A DNA stretch of 64,000 nucleotides from Camelus dromedarius (lineage: Eukaryota), in assembly GCF_036321535.1 (NCBI RefSeq), contig NC_087436.1, forward strand, positions 3,162,001 through 3,226,000, written 5' to 3'. Below the pieces are notes generated by a model, which saw only the letters and a list, made by a program, of their open reading frames with translations, did no database searches and was not told the origin of the DNA. Position 1 is the first letter of the stretch; each line of letters begins with the position of its first letter. A program made the translations under genes and the position numbers. This document shows, one piece after another, positions 1 through 11,500 of this stretch.

Positions 1-249
1 TAGTGCCGGTTTGAAGTTCCTGCAGTTTTCACTGTAAAACCGAGTTGGAGCTAGTACTTCACCATATATTTGTATGAAGTGGAGTTTGCAACTGAAAAGA
101 AACTTTGTGTTCCCAACAAGCTAGTTGAAGGACGGCTTTTACACACACTTATCTCTCAGAACTGAGCATGTGGAGAGACGTTCGTTCATCTAGCACAAAG
201 GGAACGGGTTGCAACAGAAACTTTTACTCTGGTTTCTCAGAGTATTTCC
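1..249 (+). repeat. First full monomer (arbitrary phase). By-eye consensus: TAGTGCCGGTTTGAAGTTCCTGCAGTTTTCACTGTAAAACCGAGTTGGAGCTAGTACCTCCCCATATATATGTATGGAGTGGAGTTTGCAASTGAAAAGAAACTTTGTGTTCCCAACAAGCTAGGTGAAGGACGGCTTTCACACACACTTATCTCTCAGAACTGAGCATGTGGAGAGACGTTCGTTCATCTAGCACAAAGGGAACGGGTTGCAGGAGAAACTTTTACTCTGGTTTCTCAGTCTGTTTCC
   Basis: Majority reading over many monomers. Stretches such as ~23470-23670 and ~33195-33360 match it essentially exactly. The consensus has one PstI site (CTGCAG), one HpaII/MspI site (CCGG) and six CpGs. Confidence 0.9.
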
Positions 250-3200
250 TAGTGCCGCTTTGAAGTTCCTGCAGTTTTCACTGTAAAACCGTGTTGGAGC
301 TAGTACATCCCCATATATAGGTATGGAGTGGAGTTTGCAAGTGAAAATAAACTTTGTGTTCCCAACAAGCTAGGTGAAGGACGGCTTTCACACACACTTA
401 TCTCTCAGAACTGAGCATGTGGAGAGACGTTCGTTCATCTAGCACAGAGGTAACGGATTGCAGGAGAAACTTTTACTCTGGTTTCTCAGTCTGTTTCCTA
501 GTACCGGTTTGAAGTTTCTTTAGTTTTCACTGTAAAACCGAGTTGGTGCTAGTACCACCCCATATATATGTATGGAGTGGAGTTTGCAACTGAAAAGAAG
601 CTTTGTTTTCCAAAGAAGCTAGGTGAAGGACGGCTTTCACACACACTTATCTCTCAGAACTGAACATGTGGAGAGACGTTCGTTCATCTTGCAAAAAGGG
701 AACGGTTTGCAGGAGAAATTTTACTCTGGTTTCTCAGTCTGTTTCCTAGTCCGGTTTGTTGTTCCTGCAGATTTCACTGTAAAACTGAGTTGGAGCTAGT
801 ACCTCCCCATATATATGTATGGAGTGGGGTTTGCAAATGAAAAGAAACTTTTTGTTCCCAAGAAGCTTTGTGAAAGACGGCTTTCACACACACTTATCTC
901 TCAGAACTGAGCATGTGGAGAGACGTTCATTCATCTAGCACAAAGAGAAAGGTTTGCAGGAGAAACTTTTACTCTGGTTTCTCAGACTATTTCCTAGTGC
1001 CGGTTTGAAGTTCCTGCAGGTTTCACTGTAAAACCGAGTTGGAGCTTGTACTTCCCCATATATATGTATGGAGTGGAGTTTGCAAATGAAAAGAAATTTG
1101 GTATCCCAAGAAGCTATGTGAAAGACGGCCTTCACACACACTTATCTCTCAGAACTGAGCATGTGCAGAGACGTTCGTTCATCTAGCACAAAAGAACGGG
1201 TTGCAGGAGAAACTTTTTCTCTGGTTTCTCAGTCTGTTTCCTAGTGCCGGTTTGAAGTTCCTGCAGTTTTCACTGTAAAACCGAGTTGGAGCTAGTACTT
1301 CCCCATATATATTTATGGAGTGGAGTTTGCAACTGAAAATAAACTTTGTGTTCCCAACAAGCTAGGTTAAGAACGGCTTTCACACACACATATATCTCAG
1401 AACTGAGCATGTGGAGAGACTTTCGTTCATCTAGCACAAAGGGAAATGGTTGCAGGAGAAACTTTTATTCTGGTTTCTCAGTATGTTTCCTGTTGCCGCT
1501 TTGAAGTTCCTGCAGTTTTCACTGTAAAACCGAGTTGGAGCTAGTACATCCCCATAAATATGTATGGAGTGGAGTTTGCAACTGTAAAGAAACTTTGTGT
1601 TCCCAACAAGCTAGGTGAAGGACGGCTTTCACACACAATTATCTCTCAGAACTGAGCATGTGGAGAGACGTTCGTTCATCTAGCACAAATGGAACGGGTT
1701 GCAGGAGAAACTTTTACCCTGGTTTCTCAGTCTGTTTCCTAGTGCCGGTTTGAAGTTCCTGAAGGTTTCACTGTAACACCGAGTTGGAGCTAGTACCTCC
1801 CCATATATATGTATGGAGTGGAGATTGCAATTGATGAGAAAATTTGTGTTCCCAAAAAGCTATGTGAAGGACGGCTTTCACACACAGTTAACTCTCAGAT
1901 ATGAGCATGTGGAGAGACGTTCGTTCATCTAGCACAAAGGAAACGTGTTGCAGGGGAAACTTTTATTCTGGTTTCTCAGTCTGTTTCCTAGTACCGGTTT
2001 GAAGTTTCTTTAGTTTTCACTGTAAAACCGAGTTGGTGCTAGTACCACCCCATATATATGTATGGAGTGGAGTTTGCAACTGAAAAGAAGCTTTGTGTTC
2101 CAAACAAGCTAGGTGAAGGACGGCTTTCACACACACTTATCTCTCAGAACTGAGCATGTGGAGAGACGTTCGTTCATCTTGCAAAAATGGAACGGTTTGC
2201 AGGAGAAATTTTACTCTGGTTTCTCAGTCTGTTTCCTAGTACCGGTTTGAAGTTCCTGCAGGTTTCACTGTAAAACCGAGTTGGAGCTAGTACCTCACCA
2301 TATATATGTATGGAGTGGAGTTTGCAACTGAAAAGAAACTTTGTGTTCCCAACAAGCTAGGTGAATGACGGCTTTCACACACAATTATCTCTCAGAACTG
2401 AGCATGTGGAGAGACGTTCGTTCATCTAGCACTAAAGAAACTGTTTGCAGGAGAAACTTTTACTCTGGGTTCTCATTCTGTTTCCTAGTGTCAGTTTGAA
2501 GTTCCTGCAGTTTTCACTGTAAAACCGATTTGGAGCTAGTACCTCCCCATATATATGTATGGAGTGGAGTTTGCAATTGAAGAGAAACTTTGTGTTCCCA
2601 ACAAGCTATGTGAAGGACGGCTTTCACACACAGTTAACTCTCAGAACTGAGCATGTGGAGAGACGTTCGTTCATCTAGCACAAAGGAAACGGTTTGCAGG
2701 AGAAACTTTTACTCTGGTTTCTCATTCTATTTCCTAGTGCCAGTTTGAAGTTCCTGCAGTTTTCACTGTAAAAACGAATTGGAGCTAGTACCTCCCCATA
2801 TATAAGTATGGGGTGGAGTTTGCAAATGAAAAGAAACTTTGTGTTCCCAACAAGCAATGTGAAGGACGGCTTTCACACACAGTTAACTCTCAGAACTGAG
2901 CATGTGGAGACACGTTCGTTCATCTAGCACAAAGGAAATGTTTTGCAGGGGAAACTTTTACTCTGGTTTCTCAGTCTGTTTCCTAGTACCGGTTTGAAGT
3001 TCCTTTAGTTTTCACTGTAAAACCGAGTTGGAGCTAGTACCTCCCTATATATATGTATGGAGTGGAGTTTGCAACAGAAAAGAAGCTTTGTGTTCCAAAC
3101 AAGCTAGGTGAAGAACGGCTTTCACACACACTTATCTCTCAGAACTGAGCATGTGGAGAGACGTTCGTTCATCTTGCAGAAAAGGAACGGTTTGCAGGAG

Positions 3201-3329
3201 AAATTTTACTCTGGTTTCTCAGTCTTTTTCCTAGTACCGGACTGTTGTTCCTGCAGTTTTCACTGTAAAACCGAGTTGGAGCTAGTACCTCCCCATATAT
3301 ATGTATGGAGTGGAGTTTGCAACTGAAAA

Positions 3330-4150
3330 GAAACTTTGTGTTCCCAACAAGCTAGTTGAAGGACGGCTTTCACACACAGTTATCTCTCAGAACTGAGCAT
3401 GTGGAGAGACTTTCGTTCATCTAGCACAAATGAAACGTGTTGCAGGGGAAACTTTTACTCAGGTTTCTCAGTCTGTTTCCTAGTACCGGTTTGAAGTTCC
3501 TTTAGTTTTCACTGTAAAACCGAGTTGGAGCTAGTACCTCCCCATATATATGTATGGAGTGGAGTTTGCAACTGAAAAGAAGCTTTGTGTTCCCAACAAG
3601 CTTGGTGAAGTACGGCTTTCACACACACTTATCTCTCAGAACTGAGCATGTGGAGAGACGTTCATTCATTCTGCACAAAGAGAAAGGATTGCAGGAGAAA
3701 CTTTTACTCTGGTTTCTCAGTCTATTTCCAAGTGCCGGTTTGAAGTTCCTGCAGGTTTCACTGTAAAACCGATTTGGAGCTAGATCCTCCCCATATATAT
3801 GTATGGAGTGGAGTTTGCAACTGAAAAGAAACTTTGTGTTCCCAACAAGCTAGTTGAAGGACGGCTTTCACACACAGTTATCTCTCAGAACTGAGCATGT
3901 GGAGAGACTTTCGTTCATCTAGCACAAATGAAACGTGTTGCAGGGGAAACTTTTACTCAGGTTTCTCAGTCTGTTTCCTAGTACCGGTTTGAAGTTCCTT
4001 TAGTTTTCACTGTAAAACCGAGTTGGAGCTAGTACCTCCCCATATATATGTATGGAGTGGAGTTTGCAACTGAAAAGAAGCTTTGTGTTCCCAACAAGCT
4101 TGGTGAAGTACGGCTTTCACACATACTTATCTCTCAGAACTGAGCATGTG
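3330..4150 (+). repeat. Local 2-monomer (498-bp) tandem duplication
   Basis: The variant string CTAGCACAAATGAAACGTGTTGCAGGGGAAACTTTTACTCAGG starts at 3421 and 3919, and both copies are followed by AAGCTTGGTGAAGTACGG. Boundaries are approximate. Confidence 0.8.
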
Positions 4151-5050
4151 GAGAGACGTTCGTTCATCTAGAACAAAGGGAACGGGTGGCAGGAGAAACT
4201 TTTACTCTGATTTCTCATTCTGTTTCCTAGTGCCGGTTTGAAGTTCCTGCAGTTTTCATTGTAAAACCGATTTGGAGCTAGAACCTACCCATATATAAGT
4301 ATGGATTGGAGTTTGCAACTGAAAAGAAACTTTGAGTTTCCAACAAGCTAGGTGAAGGACGGCTTTCACACACAGTTAACTCTCAGAACTGAGCATGTGG
4401 GGAGACGTTCGTTCATCTAGCACAAAGGAAACGCGTTGCAGGGGAAAGTTTTACTCTGGATTCTCAGTCTGTTTCCTAGTGCCCGTTTGAAGTTCCTGTA
4501 GTTTTCACTGTAAAACCGAGTTGGAGATAGTACCTCCCATATATATATGTATGGAGTTGAGTTTGAAAGTGAAAAGAAACTTTGTGTTCCCAAGAAGCTA
4601 GGTGAAGGACGGCTTTCACACACAATTATCTCTCAGAACTGAGCATGTGGAGAGACGTTCCCTCATCTAGCACAAAGAGAACGGGTTGCAGGAGAAACTT
4701 TTCTCTGGTTTCTCAGTCTATTTCCTAGTGCCGGTTTGAAGTTCCTGCAGGTTTCACTGTAAAACCGAGTTGGAGCTAGTACATCCCCATAAATATGTAT
4801 GGAGTGGAGTTTGCAACTGTAAAGAAACTTTGTGTTCCCAACAAGCTAGGTGAAGGACGGCTTTCACACACACTTATCTCTCAGAACTGAGCATGTGGAG
4901 AGACGTTCGTTCATCAAGCACAAAGGGAACGGGTTGAAGGAAAAACTTTTACTCTGGTTTCTCAGTCTGTTTCCTAGTGCCGGTTTGAAGTTCCTGCAGT
5001 TTTCACTGTAAAACCGAGTTGGAGCTAGTACCAACCCATATATATGTATG
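3850..5050 (+). repeat. ~5-monomer block repeated 4717 bp (19 monomers) downstream at ~8570-9770
   Basis: Shared rare variants TTTGAGTTTCC, AAACGCGTTGCAGGGGAAAG, GTGCCCGTTTG, TTCCCTCATC and CATCAAGCAC. Near-identical pseudo-ORFs at 4417 and 9134 differ by 4717. Confidence 0.85.
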
Positions 5051-6434
5051 GAGTGGAGATTGCAACTGAAAAGAAGCTTTGTTTTCCAAAGAAGCTAGGT
5101 GAAGGACGGCTTTCACACACACTTATCTCTCAGAACTGAGCATGTGGAGAGACGTTCGTTCATCTTGCAAAAAAGGAACGGTTTGCAGGAGAAATTTTAC
5201 TCTGGTTCCTCAGTCTGTTTCCTAGTCCGGTTTGTTGTTCCTGCAGATTTCACTGTAAAACTGAGTTGGAGCTAGTACCTCCCCATATATATGTATGGAG
5301 TGGAGTTTGCAAATGAAAAGAAACTTTTTGTTCCCAAGAAGCTTTGTGAAAGACGGCTTTCACACACACTTATCTCTCAGAACTGAGCATGTGGAGAGAC
5401 GTTCATTCATCTAGCACAAAGAGAAAGGTTTGCAGGAGAAACTTTTACTCTTTTTTCTCAGACTATTTCCTAGTGCCGGTTTGAAGTTCCTGCAGGTTTC
5501 ACTGTAAAACAGAGTTGGAGCTAGTACCTCCCCATATATATGTATGGAGTGGTGTTTGCAACTGAATAGAAACTTTCTGTTCCCAACAATCTAGGTGAAA
5601 GACGGCTTACACACACACTTATCTCTCAGAAATGAGCATGTGGAGAGACGTTCGTTCATCTAGCACAAAGGGAACGGGTTGCAGGGGAAACTTTTACTCT
5701 GGCTTCTCAGTCTGTTTCCTAGTGCCGGATTGAAGTTCCTGCAGTTTTCACTGTAAAACCGAGTTGGAGCTAGTACCTCCCCATATATATGTATGGAGTG
5801 GAGTTTGCAAGTGAAAAGAAACTTTGTGTTCCCAACATGCTAGGTGAAGGACGGCTTTCACACACACTTATCTCTCAGATCTGAGCATGTGGAGAGACGT
5901 TCGTTCATCTAGCACAAAGTGAACGGGTTGCAACAGAAACTTTTACTCTGGTTTCTAAGTTTCCTAGTGCCGGTTTGAAGTTCCTGCAGTTTGCACTGCA
6001 AAACCGATTTGGTGCTATTACCTACACCATATATATGTATGGAGTTGAGTTTGCAAGTGAAAAGAAATTTTGTGTTACCAACAAGCTAGGTGAAGTACGG
6101 CTTTCACACACACTTATCTCTTATAACTGAGCAAGTGGAGAGACGTTCGTTCATCTTTCACAAATGGAACGGGTTGCAATAGAATCTTTTACTCTGGTTT
6201 CTCAGTCTGTTTCCTATTGCCGGTTTGAAATTCCTGCAGTTTTCACTGTAAAACCGAGTTGGAGCTAGTACCTAACCATATATATGTATGGAGTGGTGTT
6301 TGCAAGTGAAAAGAATCTTTGTGTTCCCCACAAGCTAGGTGAAGGACGGCTTTCACACACACTTATCTATGAGAACTGAGCATGTGTAGAGACGTTCGTT
6401 CATCTAGCAAAAAGGGAAGAGTTTGCAGGTGAAA

Positions 6435-8570
6435 CTTTTACTCTGGTTTCTCAGTCTGTTTCCTAGTGCCGGTTTGAAGTTCCTGCAGTTTTCACTGTAA
6501 AACCGGCTTGGAGCTAGTACCTCCCCATATATTTGTATAGAGTGGAGTTTGCAACTGAAAAGAAACTTTGTCTTCCCAACAAGCTAGGTGAAGAACGGCT
6601 TTCACACACACTTATCTCTGAGAACTGAGCATGTGGAGAGACGTTCGTTCATCTAGCACAAATGGAACAGTTTGCCGGAGAAACTTTTACTCTGGTTTCT
6701 CAGACTGATTCCTAGTGCCGGTTTGAAGTTCCTGCAGTTTTCACTGTAAAACCGAGTTGGAGCTAGTACCTCCCCATATATTTGTATGGAGTGGAGTTTG
6801 CAACTGAAAAGAAACTTTGTGTTCCCAACAAGCTAGGTGAAGAACGGCTTTTAAACACACTTATCTCTGAGAACTGAGCATGTGGAGAGACGTTCGTTCA
6901 TCTAGCACAAAGGGAACAGTTTGCGGGAGAAAATTTTACTCTGGTTTCTCAGTCTGATTCCTAGTGCCGGTTTGAAGTTCCTGCAGTTTTCACTGTAAAA
7001 CCGAGTTGGAGCTAGTACTTCACCATATATTTGTATGAAGTGGAGTTTGCAACTGAAAAGAAACTTTGTGTTCCCAACAAGCTAGTTGAAGGACGGCTTT
7101 TACACACACTTATCTCTCACAACTGAGCATGTGGAGAGACGTTCGTTCATCTAGCACAAAGGGAACGGGTTGCAACAGAAACTTTTACTCTGGTTTCTCA
7201 GAGTGTTTCCTAGTGCCGCTTTGAAGTTCCTGCAGTTTTCACTGTAAAACCGTGTTGGAGCTAGTACATCCCCATATATAGGTATGGAGTGGAGTTTGCA
7301 AGTGAAAAGAAACTTTGTGTTCCCAACAAGCTAGGTGAAGGACGGCTTTCACACACACTTATCTCTCAGAACTGAGCATGTGGAGAGACGTTCGTTCATC
7401 TAGCACAGAGGTAACGGATTGCAGGAGAAACTTTTACTCTGGTTTCTCAGTCTGTTTCCTAGTGCCGATTTGAAGTTCCTGCAGTTTTCACTGTAAAACC
7501 GAGTTGGAGCTAGTACCTCCCATATATATATTTATGGATTGGAGTTTGCAAGTGAAAAGAAACTTTGTGTTCCCAACAAGCTAGGTGAAGGACGGCTTTC
7601 ACACACACTTATCTCTCAGACCTGAGCATGTGGAGAGACTTTCGTTCATTTAGCACAAAGGGAACGGGTGCAGGAGAAACTTTTACTCTGGTTTCTCAGT
7701 CTGTTTTCTAGTGCCGATTTAAGTTCCTGCAGTTTTCACTGTAAAATCTATTTGGAGCTAGTACCTCCCCATATATATGTATGGAGTGGAGTTTACAAGT
7801 GAAAAGAAACTTTGTGTTCCCAACAAGCTAGGTGAAGGACGGCTTTCACACACACTTATCTATGAGAACTTAGCATGTGGAGAGACGTTCGTTCTCTAGC
7901 ACAAAAGGAACAGTTTGCAGGAGAAACTTTTACTCTGGTTTCTCAGTCTGTTTCCTAGTTCCGGTTGAAGTTCCTGCAGTTTTCACTGTATAACCGAGTT
8001 GGAGCTAGTACCTCCCCATATATATATATGGAGTGGAGTTTGCAAGTGAAAAGAAACTTGGTCTTCCCAACAAGCTATGTGAAGAACGGCTTTCACACAC
8101 TTATCTCTGAGAACTGAGCATGTGGAGAGACGTTCGTTCATCTAGCACAAAGGGAAGAGTTTGCTGGAAAAACTTTTACTCTGGTTTCTCAGTCTGTTTC
8201 CTAGTGCCGGTTGAAGTTCCTGCAGTTTTCACTGTAAAACCGAGTTGGAGCTAGTACCTCCCCATATATATGTATGGAATGGAGTTTGCAAGTGAAAAGA
8301 AACTTTGTGTTCCCAACAAGCTAGGTGAAGGACGCCTTCCACACACAATTATCTCTCAGAACTGAGCATGTTTAGAGACGTTCGTTCATCTAGCAAAAAG
8401 GAACGGGTTGCAGGAGAAACTTTTTCTGGTTTCTCAGTCTGTTTCCTAGTTCCGGTTTGAAGTTCCTGCAGTTTTCACTGTAAAACAGAGTTGGAGCTTG
8501 TACCTCCCCTTATATAGGTATGGAGTGGAGTTAGCAAGTGAAAAGAAACTTTGTGTTCCCAACAAGCTAG
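6435..8570 (+). repeat. ~8-monomer block repeated at ~10410-12790 (offset 3973 = 16 monomers, then ~4224 = 17 monomers)
   Basis: AACCGGCTTGG occurs at 6501 and 10474. TACTTCACCATATATTTGTATGAAG, CAGACCTGAG, TATAACCGAG and CTTGGTCTTCC are shared. Part of the same block also occupies 1-480 (offset 6961 = 28 monomers). Confidence 0.85.
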
Positions 8571-11500
8571 TTGAAGGACGGCTTTTACACACAGTTATCT
8601 CTCAGAACTGAGCATGTGGAGAGACTTTCGTTCATCTAGCACAAAGGAAACGTGTTGCAGGGGAAACTTTTACTCAGGTTTCTCAGTCTGTTTCCTAGTA
8701 CCGGTTTGAAGTTCCTTTAGTTTTCACTGTAAAACCGAGTTGGAGCTATTACCTCCCCATATATATGTATGGAGTGGAGTTTGCAACTGAAAAGAAGCTT
8801 TGTGTTCCCAACAAGCTTGGTGAAGTACGGCTTTCACACACACTTATCTCTCAGAACTGAGCATGTGGAGAGACGTTCGTTCATCTAGAACAAAGGGAAC
8901 GGGTTGCAGGAGAAACTTTTTCTCTGATTTCTCATTCTGTTTCCTAGTGCCGGTTTGAAGTTCCTGCAGTTTTCATTGTAAAATCGATTTGGAGCTAGAA
9001 CCTACCCATATATAAGTATGGAGTGGAGTTTGCAACTGAAAAGAAACTTTGAGTTTCCAACAAGCTAGGTGAAGGACGGCTTTCACACACAGTTAACTCT
9101 CAGAACTGAGCATGTGGGGAGACGTTCGTTCATCTAGCACAAAGGAAACGCGTTGCAGGGGAAAGTTTTACTCTGGATTCTCAGTCTGTTTCCTAGTGCC
9201 CGTTTGAAGTTCCTGTATTTTTCACTGTAAAACCGAGTTGGAGATAGTACCTCCCATATATATATGTATGGAGTTGATTTTGAAAGTGAAAAGAAACTTT
9301 GTGTTCCCAAGAAGCTAGGTGAAGGACGGCTTTCACACACAATTATCTCTCAGAACTGAGCATGTGGAGAGACGTTCCCTCATCTAGCACAAAGAGAACG
9401 GGTTGCAGGAGAAACTTTTCTCTGGTTTCTCAGTCTATTTCCTAGTGCCGGTTTGAAGTTCCTGCATGTTTCACTGTAAAACCGAGTTGGAGCTAGTACA
9501 CCCCATAAATATGTATGGAGTGGAGTTTGCAACTGTAAAGAAACTTTGTGTTCCCAACAAGCTAGGTGAAGGACGGCTTTCACACACACTTATCTCTCAG
9601 AACTGAGCATGTGGAGAGACGTTCGTTCATCAAGCACAAAGGGAACGGGTTGAAGGAAAAACTTTTACTCTGGTTTCTCAGTCTGTTTCCTAGTTCCGGT
9701 TTGAAGTTCCTGCAGTTTTCACTGTAAAACCGAGTTGGAGCTAGTACCAACCCATATATATGTATGGAGTGGAGATTGCAATTGAAGAGAAACTTTGTGT
9801 GCCCAACAAGCTATGTGAAGGACGGCTTTCACACACAGTTAACTCTCAGATCTGAGCATGTGGAGAGACGTTCGTTCATCTAGCACAAAAGAACGGGTTG
9901 CAGGAGAAACTTTTTCTCTGGTTTCTCAGTCTGTTTCCTAGTGCCGCTTTGAAGTTCCTGCAGTTTTCACTGTAAAACCGAGTTGGAGCTAGTACCTCCC
10001 CATATATATGTATGGAGTGTAGTTTGCAATTGAAGAGAAACTTTGTGTTCCCAACAAGCTAGTTGAAGGACGGCTTTCACACACACTTATCTCTGAGAAC
10101 TGAGCATGTGGAGAGACGTTCATTCATCTAGCACAAATAGAACGGTTTGCAGGAGAAACATTTACTCTGGTTTCTCAGTCTGTTTCCTGTTGCCGTTTTG
10201 AAGTTCCTGCAGTTTTCACTGTAAAACAGAGTTGGAGCTAGTACCTCCCCATATATATGTAGGGAGTGGATTTGGCAAATGAAAAGAAACTTTGTATTCC
10301 AATCAAGCTAGTTGAAGGACGGCTTTCACACACACTAATATCTCAGAAATGAGCATGTGGAGAGACGTTCGTTCATCTAGCACAAAGTATACGGGTTGCA
10401 GGAGAAACTTTTACTCTGGTTTCTCAGTCTGTTTCCTAGTGCCGGTTTGAAGTTCCTGCAGTTTTCACTGTAAAACCGGCTTGGAGCTAGTACCTCCCCA
10501 TATATTTGTATAGAGTGGAGTTTGCAACTGAAAAGAAACTTTGTCTTCCCAACAAGCTAGGTGAAGAACGGCTTTCACACACACTTATCTCTGAGAACTG
10601 AGCATGTGGAGAGACGTTCGTTCATCTAGCACAAATGGAACAGTTTGCCGGAGAAACTTTTACTCTGGTTTCTCAGTCTGATTCCTAGTGCCGGTTTGAA
10701 GTTCCTGCAGTTTTCACTGTAAAACCGAGTTGGAGCTAGTACCTCCCCATATATTTGTATGGAGTGGAGTTTGCAACTGAAAAGAATCTTTGTGTTCCCA
10801 ACAAGCTAGGTGAAGAACGGCTTTTAAACACACTTATCTCTGAGAACTGAGCATGTGGAGAGACGTTCGTTCATCTAGCACAAAGGGAACAGTTTTCGGG
10901 AGAAAATTTTACTCTGGTTTCTCAGTCTGATTCCTAGTGCCGGTTTGAAGTTCCTGCAGTTTTCACTGTAAAACCGAGTTGGAGCTAGTACTTCACCATA
11001 TATTTGTATGAAGTGGAGTTTGCAACTGAAAAGAAACTTTGTGTTCCCAACAAGCTAGTTGAAGGAAGGCTCTTACACACACTTATCTCTCAGAACTGAG
11101 CATGTGGAGAGACGTTCGTTCATCTAGCACAAAGGGAACGGGTTGAAACAGAAACTTTTACTCTGGTTTCTCAGAGTGTTTCCTAGTGCCGCTTTGAAGT
11201 TCCTGCAGTTTTCACTGTAAAACCGTGTTGGAGCTAGTACATCCCCATATATAGGTATGGAGTGGAGTTTGCAAGTGAAAAGAAACTTTGTGTTCCCAAC
11301 AAGCTAGGTGAAGGACGGCTTTCACACACACTTATCTCTCAGAACTGAGCATGTGGAGAGACGTTCGTTCATCTAGCACAGAGGTAACGGATTGCAGGGG
11401 AAACTTTTACTCTGGTTTCTCAGTCTGTTTCCTAGTGCCGATTTGAAGTTCCTGCAGTTTTCACTGTAAAACCGAGTTGGAGCTAGTACCTCCCATATAT

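Noticed and set aside
63..76. TATA-box-like TATATA in each monomer as a promoter
   Set aside because: It is part of a short (TA)n palindrome within the satellite, with no downstream gene or other promoter evidence.
181..210. Functional CENP-B box
   Set aside because: TTCG and CGGG are 13 bp too far apart for the required TTCG-N4-A-N2-CGGG pattern. It is kept only as a speculative split motif.
1..249. Assignment to primate alpha satellite or another named satellite family or species
   Set aside because: Only short AT-rich word resemblances (GTTTCTCAG, AAAAGAAA) exist. The period is 249 rather than 171 bp, and I cannot match it confidently to a known family without a database search.
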